A DNA stretch of 64,000 nt from assembly GCA_027923505.1 (NCBI GenBank), contig BROI01000001.1, forward strand, positions 2,852,001-2,916,000, written 5' to 3'. The notes under the pieces are model-generated. The model made no database searches, was not told where the DNA came from, and worked only from the letters and a program-made list of their open reading frames with translations. The DNA is from Mayamaea pseudoterrestris (taxonomy: Eukaryota). The stretch's first letter is position 1, and each line of letters begins with the position of its first letter. This document shows, piece by piece, positions 55,076-64,000 of the stretch. Made by a program: the position numbers and the translations under genes.

Positions 55076-57433
55076 TCACTTCCGATGGCGGCCAAATTTG
55101 AACAAGCGCAACCTCTGCTTCCCGTTAACTGGGATCGCGGAAGATCCTCTGACAGCAGCCGTAGGAACGATATTACAAACTGAGCTTGACCGCGGCATTG
55201 TTTGCGATACTGCAGCTCGATGTGCTTCAATCGACGGCTTCACCTCATACCCCTCCTCGTCCACGGCCGCAACTGGTCGTACAGGCCCAATATATCGAAG
55301 AAAAGTCAGCTCAACGAGACCTGGTTTCCTTCGCACAAGAGCAGAAACCTCGTCAACAGTTAGGTTTATAGCGCTTAGTCCATCAATGGCCGCAAGCTGG
55401 TCACCAATCTGTACCTGCTTTGTCTCAAAGGCGCTCCCACCCGGCATGAATTTGGTCACCCATACCCCTGTTGGATTCTCTTGAAAAATGATTCCAAACG
55501 GCATGACTAAATCCACTACAACAAAGTGGATGTCGGTTGCAATGTTTATTTCATACGATTCGTCGAACTCAATACCCTTCAGTCGGTGGACCGAACGTGC
55601 TGATTGCGAAGCTAGATTGACAAGTCTCATGTCTTCCTCAAGCGACAATGCGTGTGGTACGTCGTCTTCGACTGCGGTTCTCAGTACGGGCTCATCCGCG
55701 GCTTCAATAGCAGCGAACTCTCCTCCCCCAGCGCACACCCTCGACTTGCCAAGAATTTGTTGCCAAAAAGCTTGCGCCGCCCCTTCGTAGACGTCAATGT
55801 CATCGTCGTTATCGTCGTAATCATCATCATCTCCATCATCAATGTCTGGATTCCTGTCACTGTGAACGCAAACGCTCGTCGCGTGGACCTTGTCGAAGCG
55901 TGGCGTAGTGCCTTCTGCTGTCAAGCCGAGAACTGCACCCACGGTCTTGATGCCACCTTCCATATAATTCCATACTTCAGTGAGCGGATCACCGTCCTCT
56001 TCCTTTTCGTCATGCGTGTAGAGGTCACGCCGTTTGAATGACTGCGAAGATTTTTTCCGACTACTAGTCGTCTCCTGAAACTCCGAGTCGTCATACGTCG
56101 CGCACGTATCATCTTCATCATCAGTCTGAGATTGGCTTGGAATAAGCTTCTCCTTCGTTGTTGAACTGTACTTGACCTTCCGACGACCCGGATTTGTGGG
56201 TACGCCTCCGCCGATCATGAAGAGATCTTTAATCAAGTCTACTACCTCACTTTCCGCCGACTTGGTGTACTCAGACTCAAGGCTTCGGTCTGCCAGCGTG
56301 GTGTTGTCATTTATATCGTCGTCTGGTTCATAATATTGGATCGTGTCCTTCTGCCTGTCAAAGGAGACACTCGAATTTCGAATACTTGTTGGAGAGCTAT
56401 CCCTTAGTCGTTCGAGAGCAGATTGTCGTTGGCGTTGCTTAGAGTCCCTTCCCTCACATGTTCGATGCGACAACATTGTTGACTGCGCATCACTCATACG
56501 TCGCGAAACTCTTGATGACCGCCCTATACTCGTGTTCTCACTCGATCTGTCTGCTTGCACAGAAGCCCGATGGTTGAGCCGTGCTGCTCGCCTGCCTGGA
56601 CCATCTGAGAATTCGAATAATGAATCATCTTCCTCGAGCTGCTCTCGGTCTTGCACGACGACTCCTGCCTTTTGACACTCAGTTTTGGTTGGCAGTGTTA
56701 ATTGCGCCATCAACGTCGTGGTCGGCGAAGATATGCGAGGCGGTGGCATGTCAAAGCGATCGGGCGTCGACAGCGGATTAATGGCAGGAATCGGCCGGGT
56801 TCGTTGTGAAAGCGACTTGTCGGTACTGAGCAGCGACTTGGATGAGTTTGCCGTGGATGGTGATGTAGACGAAAGTCTACCAGTAGTAGCACTTGCTGGA
56901 CTTAGTGAAGGTGGTTCAATGTCATCTTCTTGAAACGGGCAAATCACTGCTTCGTCCCCCAGTCGTTCATCGAAAGGTCGACTCTCCATGGACATCATTC
57001 GATGATTGTCGCTTAAAGGTATAGCCAAAGCTACCGGTAAGGGCTTGGCGCTCTCTGAATGCACGTCTGCTTCCTCTTCGCTGCTTTCGACATGCAAATC
57101 TTTGCGTTGAATGAACTCATCCTCTTCACCAGCATTATCGTCGTCATCATCCGCGATTGTGCACTTCAGATGAGCGCGCGACGATTGTCCGTTAGCAAAT
57201 GTGCCACTTCCCTCGGGAGGAACGTAAATTCCAGTCTTTCCAAAGTTTTTGCGATACATCATGCTCGGTTGCTGCTGAGACTTGAAGAGTGGAGGAGATT
57301 GGCGCAGCGAGGATTGCTGTGATGCCCTTGACGAGGAAGAAACTTTCACATCACTGCGGAAACTCTCGTCGCCATGCTCTTTCATTGTAGCTGTCACGTA
57401 CGAACACCGCGTTGAAGATTCCAAATTTGCCAT
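55076..57433 (-). CDS. Large disordered protein with C-terminal PDZ domain (start uncertain; ORF open to 57517)
   Basis: 'MPFGIIFQEN..GVWVTKFMPGGSA.....VQIGDQLAAIDG......TVDEVSALVR....VELTFLR' is a PDZ domain. Confidence 0.75.
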   Translation of the reverse strand: MANLESSTRCSYVTATMKEHGDESFRSDVKVSSSSRASQQSSLRQSPPLFKSQQQPSMMYRKNFGKTGIYVPPEGSGTFANGQSSRAHLKCTIADDDDDNAGEEDEFIQRKDLHVESSEEEADVHSESAKPLPVALAIPLSDNHRMMSMESRPFDERLGDEAVICPFQEDDIEPPSLSPASATTGRLSSTSPSTANSSKSLLSTDKSLSQRTRPIPAINPLSTPDRFDMPPPRISSPTTTLMAQLTLPTKTECQKAGVVVQDREQLEEDDSLFEFSDGPGRRAARLNHRASVQADRSSENTSIGRSSRVSRRMSDAQSTMLSHRTCEGRDSKQRQRQSALERLRDSSPTSIRNSSVSFDRQKDTIQYYEPDDDINDNTTLADRSLESEYTKSAESEVVDLIKDLFMIGGGVPTNPGRRKVKYSSTTKEKLIPSQSQTDDEDDTCATYDDSEFQETTSSRKKSSQSFKRRDLYTHDEKEEDGDPLTEVWNYMEGGIKTVGAVLGLTAEGTTPRFDKVHATSVCVHSDRNPDIDDGDDDDYDDNDDDIDVYEGAAQAFWQQILGKSRVCAGGGEFAAIEAADEPVLRTAVEDDVPHALSLEEDMRLVNLASQSARSVHRLKGIEFDESYEINIATDIHFVVVDLVMPFGIIFQENPTGVWVTKFMPGGSAFETKQVQIGDQLAAIDGLSAINLTVDEVSALVRRKPGLVELTFLRYIGPVRPVAAVDEEGYEVKPSIEAHRAAVSQTMPRSSSVCNIVPTAAVRGSSAIPVNGKQRLRLFKFGRHRK

Positions 57434-57918
57434 GTCTATGGTAGTCGTCGCGTCGTCGCTAGATAATTGTCGTTGGTGAAGCAAATCCGTCGCTCGGTTT
57501 GGATTGACTAACGTCAAAGCCTTCTACACCCAGTTTGCCGCGTTCGGGAAATTGATACAGACCTGCGTTCACAGTCAATCAAGTTCATGGCAAGGTTACA
57601 GATGCTTATCAACGTCGCGGCTCTCCAAAAGAAGTCGACGTGCGTTTCAACGGCTACATAAAAACGGAGGTCTTGCACGTCACATCGGTACACCACGACC
57701 CATTTCCAGCAGCACTAAAGTATATACGCGTACAAGTAGTGCATTACCAAGAGCACACACTACCGGTAGTCTCGTAAGCTCCACATATAGGTCACAACTG
57801 TATGTACCCCGCAGCTGATATAGAATATGGTACAATGGGGCAGAAAGTAGCCTAGCGTGATCTGATTAACTGTAAGCAAAGCTCAAAGGGGCAACTACCG
57901 ATAGAAAAATGATAAATT

Positions 57919-59599
57919 TCATGTGGAAGGTGCCACATTGAAGGCAAAGTATTTGGGATTTCTGTCTGCTGAACAGCTCAATGTAATGTTTAGTTGAAGC
58001 TGCGAGAGAGATTATAAAACGTGAGTCACGATGCGATCAATGCCTAGCGACATCTATCACAAATTTAGTTCAGATAGCTACCTGCAAATTCTTATGGGAT
58101 GTCACTTGACCGCACCAAAAGAGCAACTCATGTGAGGATGGCTGCTGCCGTCCCAACGGAGGCTCGCCTGCTTCGCTCGCGACGCTTGACCGCCGGAGAA
58201 TGTCGGCCATTGCTTCAAAAACGTCTTGATGATTTCGAATGTAAAGAAAGAGACTCTGCTGCTCCATGTCTATACATGTTGCGCCAAAATACTGCTCCAA
58301 TCCATGATTCGAGTAAAGTATACGCCCGTCCAGTGACGCCACTCCAGAAGCACAAGGACAATACTCAAACACAGACTTGTAATCCAGTCCCTGGACGAAA
58401 AGAACGTCTCGATCTAAGTCGTCACTGGCCTCGCCCTTGTCCACGACGCTGCTGCGATCATCCTCACTGCTGAGAGGAACCTGACCCGAGGCTACCAACT
58501 CGATGGTTCGCCGAATGGTATCGGCCAATTTCTTGTGCTCGGAATCCAGCATGATGGATCGCTGCTGCAGATTTTTAATGTAGTCAGTCACACTCACAAG
58601 AATGCTGAACTTGTTTGGCTTGAAGGGTACACCACCTTCGCTTAAAACGTCGCGCAATGTTTTAATTTGTTGACTAATGCGATACGACCGTTGTTGCTCG
58701 CGAAGGTTGCGATCATAGCGCCGTCGCTCCACAGGCGTCATGCGGGCGAGCTCGGCATCCGTCTTTTCCTTTGGAGGTCCAATATCGCCCAAGCTATTGA
58801 CGCTCGAGGAGGAAACGACTGATCGCGAGTGATCCAGCTTCAAGCTCTTGGAGGCAGCGTCACTAAACTGCAAAAAATTGTTGCTATTGTTTTCTTCTGG
58901 CTTTCGTTTACGTGTGTTGGCATTGTTCATAATGACGGCACCAGGTATAGTTGATGGTATGGATGATGAACCAAGAGACACTGTCGACGGAGGAAACTGT
59001 ATCGTTTGTTGTTGCTGTTGCTGCTGATGTGGGTTCAATGTTGGTAGCAATTGCGAGACAGCAGTTGCTGGCCGCAAAGGGACGCTTGGCGCTGCTGCTG
59101 CTTGTACTGATTGCTGCGGCGGCGGCAAGGGCTGTGACTGCGCAAATATCCGCTGCAAGTAATGTTGCTGCTGAGGCTGTTGCATTGCTTGTTGAAGCTG
59201 CCATAAAGTGTGCTGCATTGTACCGGCCTCTGCAGCAGGCAGGTTGCGAGTCTGCTGCGCAAAGTATTGATGAAGCACAGCTGCAGCCGCCTGTGCTCCC
59301 ATGGCGGCAGGAGAAGTAATTGTATTGCTGCTCGTACTAGGAGTTGAACACTGCTCAGCTGGAATTGTAGATTGCGATGCTGCGTGAGCAGGTCCGTGTA
59401 CTCGTACCGAATTCGATAAGTCAACTGGCGGTTGCGGATGAACATGTCCGGCGGCGGAAGCTTCATTCAACGGTTTGGACGCCGCAGACGCACACGAAAC
59501 ATGCAGACTTGCTGTAGTCTCGGCTTGCAGTAACGCAGCCTCCTGAGGTCTTGCGCCTTCTTCTCTTGTCAGCGTCTCAGTATTATCTGTAGACTTCAT
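57919..59599 (-). CDS. bHLH-PAS transcription factor (single PAS, Gln-rich N-terminus); exons 59599-58082 and 57999-57919
   Basis: bHLH 'RNLREQQRSYRISQQIKTLRDVL...NKFSILVSVTDYIKNLQ'; PAS 'LDYKSVF...ASLDGRILYSN'. The last exon LQLNITLSCSADRNPKYFAF follows the phase-0 intron 58081-58000. Confidence 0.9.
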
Positions 59600-60043
59600 T
59601 ATGCATGCATGCGCGTTCGATTTGATTTCGAATTGCTATGTTGACGTGTCGCTGCAAACAATAGAGCTTAGAAAGAAGTCCTGAACAGCACAACCTTGCT
59701 ATTGTAGTCTCCTTCTATTGTTGTTGATGATGTTTGTTTCGAGACAGCTGCCTGTCACTTCGCGTTCCTCCGCTCTTTTTCGATGACGATGGTTTGGCAA
59801 TGTGGGGTCGCAGGCGGAGTCTCCGAGTTGAGGCCATGGCAAGCGCGATCTACGAAAGGGGTCGCAGGGTGTCCCTCGAACTGGCATTTTCCGAAATAGA
59901 GTTCCATTGATACTTTTACTGCCACATGGATTTGTATTGCCACGATTTAAGAGTATAAAACGTTTTGTACAATCTCTTCCGAGCCTTGAAGAATGGCAGC
60001 TGTGACAAATGTTCGATCGACCAACAAAGAGTCATAAAATGAC

Positions 60044-60054
60044 CACGTCACGTG
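60044..60054. promoter_or_regulatory. Overlapping TGACGT(G) element (minus strand) and canonical E-box CACGTG in the shared bHLH-PAS promoter
   Basis: Sequence CACGTCACGTG at 60044-60054, near the middle of the 953-bp divergent intergenic region; function inferred only. Confidence 0.45.
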
Positions 60055-60552
60055 TTTGACGCTGTAAATTCGCGTGTCGCTGACTCATGCCACGATGGAG
60101 CTATTGCCACACGGAAAACATTCGGAGACGAACAGTTGGCAAGCTGAGGTGGCTGCTCTATAGCGTTTGTTAAATGCAGTCAGTGGGACTAACTCAAGTG
60201 TGATACTATGCAACCTGAAGCGCAGTGTATCGCTTGCGAGTAAGATCGTTAAGTAGCAACTGCAAGAATTGAACTTCGACAGATGCTTTCCCGCACCTTT
60301 TGCTCTTGCGCAAGCGCAAAACCACCTTGCACACACGCAACACACACCCTCCAACGATCAAAGCATCAGTCCTCCTTCACGACCTCTGCCATCGTTCTAT
60401 TGCATACTAGCTGCACGTACTGGTCACGGGATTCTCGATAGAAGAAAGAGTACGACCGACGAGCCATAGCGAACAATTTACAGACGAAAGAGGAATCGTA
60501 ATACAACTGCAAAAGCAGCGTACGAATCGACTCATTACCAACGCCTTGTAGG

Positions 60553-61947
60553 ATGAGCAACATTAGCAACAACGGCAATGTCATGGAAATGAGCGAGAGC
60601 CAATTCAAAGACTCGTTGGATGCATTGATTGCTGGTGAGCTCGAGGACCCAAACTCGCGACTCACACCCCTTCCATCCTCCGAGTCGAGTGCTTGCTCCT
60701 CCCTGGCCTTCACCACCGAAGCCGTCCACCAGCATGAAGCGCAGGCGGTGAATCAGCAGCAATCCGCAATCACGCAGTTTCAGCTGCAGCAGTCGCAGCA
60801 AATGAATCCCTCTATGTCGCGCATTACCATGAACATGATGGATGGAGGACAGCATCATGTGTATCCATCCAATGGGATTGCGAGTCAGTACTCTTCGGAA
60901 AACGCACTTCCGGGCATACTATCATCTGGTTACTCTGCCGACTTGCCGAGTGACTCGTACGCTTCATCCGAAACAACAGCGTCGCGACAGGGATCGAGAA
61001 AGTCACGCGCAACGAGCAACAAGCGCAAAAAGGATCAGTTTATTGGCGCTCAAGTTTCAGAGGATGAAGGCGGCCGGATGTTGCGTAAGGTGGAGCGTAA
61101 CGCACGCGAACAAAAGCGATCGCAGCAGATTGTTGACCAAATTTCTAACCTTCGCGACCTGCTGGCTAGCTCTAGTGTGCCGACTAAGGCGGACAAGTAT
61201 TCGACCTTGGTCACTGCCGCCAAGTACATCAAGCAGCTGCAGGAGAGGTCTACTCTGTTGGAGAATGAACAAAAGAAACTGCTTTTGACCATTGGACAGG
61301 CAACGGGCTTGGTTAACAACAAGCATATTTCCGTCGCATCAACCGCCGAACCAACGGAAAGCTTGAGTCTTGATCGATCTTCTAGCTTGACATCGACCGA
61401 TGAGGATGAGTCGCCAGTCTTTGTACACGGACTTGACTACCGTGCCGTATTTTTGGCATGCCCAGTGGCTGGAGCCATTACAAGCATTGACGGCCGCTTC
61501 CTTGACTGCAATGAAGACTTTGAGGCAATGACGGGTTACACCAAGGATGAGCTCTTTCGCAAGCCTTGCGACTCCACTCCGCTTGAACCTAGTGAGCGCC
61601 ACATGTCTGTCTTTAATGTCCTTAAGCGCGAAGATATGGAACGACTTTTTGTGATCATGAGTGACATGCTTCGTAAACCAGCGTCGGAGAACCAGGATGC
61701 TGCGTCAATCGAAGGAGAACGGCGCGAGGCAGATCGATGGAGCGATCAAGTAGCACTGAATCGCAAGGAAAATGCTCATGTAAGATCGAGTTGGGGTAAA
61801 TTATGTCGTTTTAGTGTATGGTCCTTTACATGTGCTCACCGAAACTACTCCCTATTTGATCCACAGGTGACACTGAACATGAAACTTGTCCGGCAGAAGA
61901 ATGGCATGCCTCGATTCTTCAGCTGCAGTCTCATTTCTACCTCGTAG
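60553..61947 (+). CDS. bHLH-PAS transcription factor (paralogue); exons 60553-61779 and 61867-61947
   Basis: bHLH 'RNAREQKRSQQIVDQISNLRDLL...DKYSTLVTAAKYIKQLQ'; PAS 'LDYRAVF...TSIDGRFLDCNEDFEAMTGYTKDEL'. An 87-nt in-frame intron lies at 61780-61866 (CAT|GTAAGA...CCACAG). Confidence 0.9.
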   Translation: MSNISNNGNVMEMSESQFKDSLDALIAGELEDPNSRLTPLPSSESSACSSLAFTTEAVHQHEAQAVNQQQSAITQFQLQQSQQMNPSMSRITMNMMDGGQHHVYPSNGIASQYSSENALPGILSSGYSADLPSDSYASSETTASRQGSRKSRATSNKRKKDQFIGAQVSEDEGGRMLRKVERNAREQKRSQQIVDQISNLRDLLASSSVPTKADKYSTLVTAAKYIKQLQERSTLLENEQKKLLLTIGQATGLVNNKHISVASTAEPTESLSLDRSSSLTSTDEDESPVFVHGLDYRAVFLACPVAGAITSIDGRFLDCNEDFEAMTGYTKDELFRKPCDSTPLEPSERHMSVFNVLKREDMERLFVIMSDMLRKPASENQDAASIEGERREADRWSDQVALNRKENAHVRSSWGKLCRFSVWSFTCAHRNYSLFDPQVTLNMKLVRQKNGMPRFFSCSLISTS

Positions 61948-62661
61948 GTATATATGCATCGATGCATGATCATGACTTATATCGACGTCTATTTGGAATA
62001 GTGATAACGATATGATAGTGGTTGGACCGCCATTTATCATTAAATTATGGTGCTCAGTTTGGCTTACGAATATTTTGTGGCAACCTTTACGTAACGAAAT
62101 CCAGCGGTAAACGCTCCTACAACGATAATTATGAAACATTGAATACAACTCTAATTTGCAGATACATGTAGTTGAAAAGATCTGTTCTGAGTTTGATTTG
62201 TAAACCTTCATGTTAGCGATGACTTCCCGAATCGTCTCTTCTTTGCGCCTATGATCGTATGACGTCCGAAATATTATCTTTCTTAAACTCTTGCCAGTTG
62301 CAATCAGGAAAGAAGAGCTCCATAACCGGTATGCTAGCTGCCACAACAGGAAGTTGCTGTAGCGTTACAAGGAACGATGATCTACTTATGATGTCAGGGT
62401 ATGCCTGCATCCGCAAAAGAGCAAGCAAGAACGTTACTCCATACTCAATAGAGCCTCGGGAGCTTTCCCGGACAACTTATAGGTGCAGTAGTGCACGACT
62501 GAACGTTGTGCTACCCTGTCAGCCGAGTTGCGGTACGATATGAATCTGAGGTCCGATCGGATTGTGTGCATGGATTCATCGGACAACATAAATGACACGA
62601 CGAACAGGCTTCATGCTTATCATCCAACATCATTTGTATCCACTTATCCTATACAATAAAG

Positions 62662-63660
62662 ATTGTAGCCATCTGTGCCACCGTAGCGTTCGCCCTCGGG
62701 TTCTTTTGTGCTTCGATTAATGCTGCAGATGACGACTTTATCCTTGGAGCGTATCTGCCAGACTATCGAGACTACATTCAGGTCAATCACTCTGCACCAT
62801 TCTTGACAGATCTTTACCTGTTCAGTGCAGCCCCTGCCGATATTATGGGAGACAAACAACTTGATGACTGTTGCCTTAATGAGAATCATTACAGAACTGC
62901 TCGGCATGCGCGAGCGTTCAAGGCGGAGCAACAAGGTCAAGACAGCAGGAATTTGCGACTCTGGTTGACAGTCGGTGGAGCTGGACGATCAGACCATTTC
63001 TTGCACGACCTTGATGGTCTTGTTGAGTCAATTTACAGGGTAATTAAAAGAGAGGAACTGCATGGCGTTTCCCTAGATTGCGAGAGCTTTTCGCATGAGG
63101 ACGACTATTCTACCTACCAACTTTGGATAACGAGAGCAGCGAACGAACTCAAGGCCAACGGCGTTTCCGTGACAGTGACATTACACGTAGGTCAATACCT
63201 TTCTAAAGATGCGTATGCGGCCGTTGATCAACTGCATCTCATGGCATACGACATGCACGGTGCTTATCACGCTGACATTATGGCCGTTAGTGCGGCGGTC
63301 GACAAGCTCATCGAGTCGGGCTGTGCAGCTAGCAAAATTATTGTCGGAGTCCCGGCGTACGCACGACACTCAAGGAGGCCAGGCGACGTCAAGTCATTTG
63401 CTGAAATCATTGACGAAATTGAGCGCTCGCAGTCTCGCGACAAGTTTGAAGACGCTGGTTACTGGAAGGGATACCGCGGTGAGTCGACTTTTACGGTCAA
63501 GACCAAGGTCGCTTGGGCAAGAAAAAGAGAGCTTGGAGGAATTTTCTTTTGGGAGCTTGGTCAGGATAAGCAGCACCCGACGGCACCGGGAGGTCTGCTA
63601 TTGGAAGCTGCAGCGACGGCAGTCAAGGAAACAATGCCTTTATCGTCGGATGAACTGTAA
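62662..63660 (+). CDS. Glycoside hydrolase family 18 (chitinase-like) protein; true start not located
   Basis: The frame upstream of the listed ORF reads IVAICATVAFALGFFCASINA-ADDDFILGAYLPDYR. Motifs TVGG, HGVSLDCE, LMAYDM, IIVGVPAY and GGIFFWELGQD. Confidence 0.82.
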   Translation: MVAICATVAFALGFFCASINAADDDFILGAYLPDYRDYIQVNHSAPFLTDLYLFSAAPADIMGDKQLDDCCLNENHYRTARHARAFKAEQQGQDSRNLRLWLTVGGAGRSDHFLHDLDGLVESIYRVIKREELHGVSLDCESFSHEDDYSTYQLWITRAANELKANGVSVTVTLHVGQYLSKDAYAAVDQLHLMAYDMHGAYHADIMAVSAAVDKLIESGCAASKIIVGVPAYARHSRRPGDVKSFAEIIDEIERSQSRDKFEDAGYWKGYRGESTFTVKTKVAWARKRELGGIFFWELGQDKQHPTAPGGLLLEAAATAVKETMPLSSDEL

Positions 63661-63783
63661 ACACTAATTATAAATGATTTCAATTAAACATCAATGTAAC
63701 GTGAATGAATACTGTATGCATACCGGTAGCTAATTTTGGAACCAGACAGTGGCCGCTTTGTGCAAATACTGGCAAACTTGAGC

Positions 63784-64000
63784 TCAAACAACTGCCGACT
63801 GAGTTTTACCCTTTACGACTTTAGTGTCTCCAGGATGTTCGTTGGTCGTAACATTGACCATGTAATATCCATCTGCTTCGTCCTCATTCGCTTCGACAAG
63901 GTGTTCGGCTGCGCCCTCCTCCGATTCCAACACTTCGTAGGAAGTGACAAGCATTGTTATAAAGCTCACATTGGTTGGTGCCTTGGTCCAGCCCAACTTC
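63784..64000 (-). CDS. 3' end of a second SBF/SLC10 transporter (truncated by window edge)
   Basis: KLGWTKAPTNVSFITMLVTSYEV aligns with KGWTKAPPSENFFVMLWNSYEV of the transporter at 49034-50539. Confidence 0.75.
   Translation of the reverse strand, partial: KLGWTKAPTNVSFITMLVTSYEVLESEEGAAEHLVEANEDEADGYYMVNVTTNEHPGDTKVVKGKTQSAVV

Noticed and set aside
55672..55749. Possible in-frame GC-AG intron in the PDZ gene
   Set aside because: The interior is purine-rich with no pyrimidine tract, and the frame is open without splicing, so there is no evidence for it.
1..64000. Numerous 60-200 aa ORFs antisense to or overlapping the called genes; prokaryotic operon, prophage or transposase interpretations
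   Set aside because: These are shadow ORFs of real coding regions. Spliceosomal introns and targeting peptides show a eukaryotic locus, and I saw no transposase, integrase, reverse transcriptase, tRNA or rRNA signatures.

Overview
Compact eukaryotic nuclear DNA, almost certainly from a diatom or close ochrophyte. Evidence: short GT-AG introns (about 65-250 nt), dense head-to-head and tail-to-tail genes, and at least seven genes with bipartite signal + 'ASAFAP'-type plastid presequences. I can support about 30 protein genes: a methyltransferase (partial), BTB protein, cytochrome P450, PAM68, IspG/HDS, a large double-PZP PHD protein, a trypsin-like protein, DNA polymerase eta, PP2C, a coiled-coil/beta-helix fibre protein, a sulfotransferase, prolyl oligopeptidase, COG3, a double-hotdog hydratase, a PNGase-thioredoxin-PUB fusion, a LamG/cadherin-like/TM/WW protein, acylphosphatase, a TCAIM-like protein, two SLC10/SBF transporters, a PDZ protein, two divergent bHLH-PAS factors, a GH18 protein and several unknown plastid proteins. 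Exon junctions were reconstructed by hand from splice consensus and reading-frame continuity. Non-coding highlights are a 50-bp palindrome-rich tandem array (20041-20378), a frameshifted pseudogene not recovered as one ORF (32176-32624), a recurrent TACCGGTA palindrome near gene 3' ends and TGACGTG motifs in promoters. The most notable items are the head-to-head bHLH-PAS pair with E-box/TGACGT sites between them, the PNGase domain architecture, the bacterial-like secreted fibre protein, the mesaconyl-CoA-hydratase-like mitochondrial protein and the tandem array. I found no rRNA, tRNA, CRISPR array or intact transposon. Family assignments rest on motif recognition only; no database searches were run.
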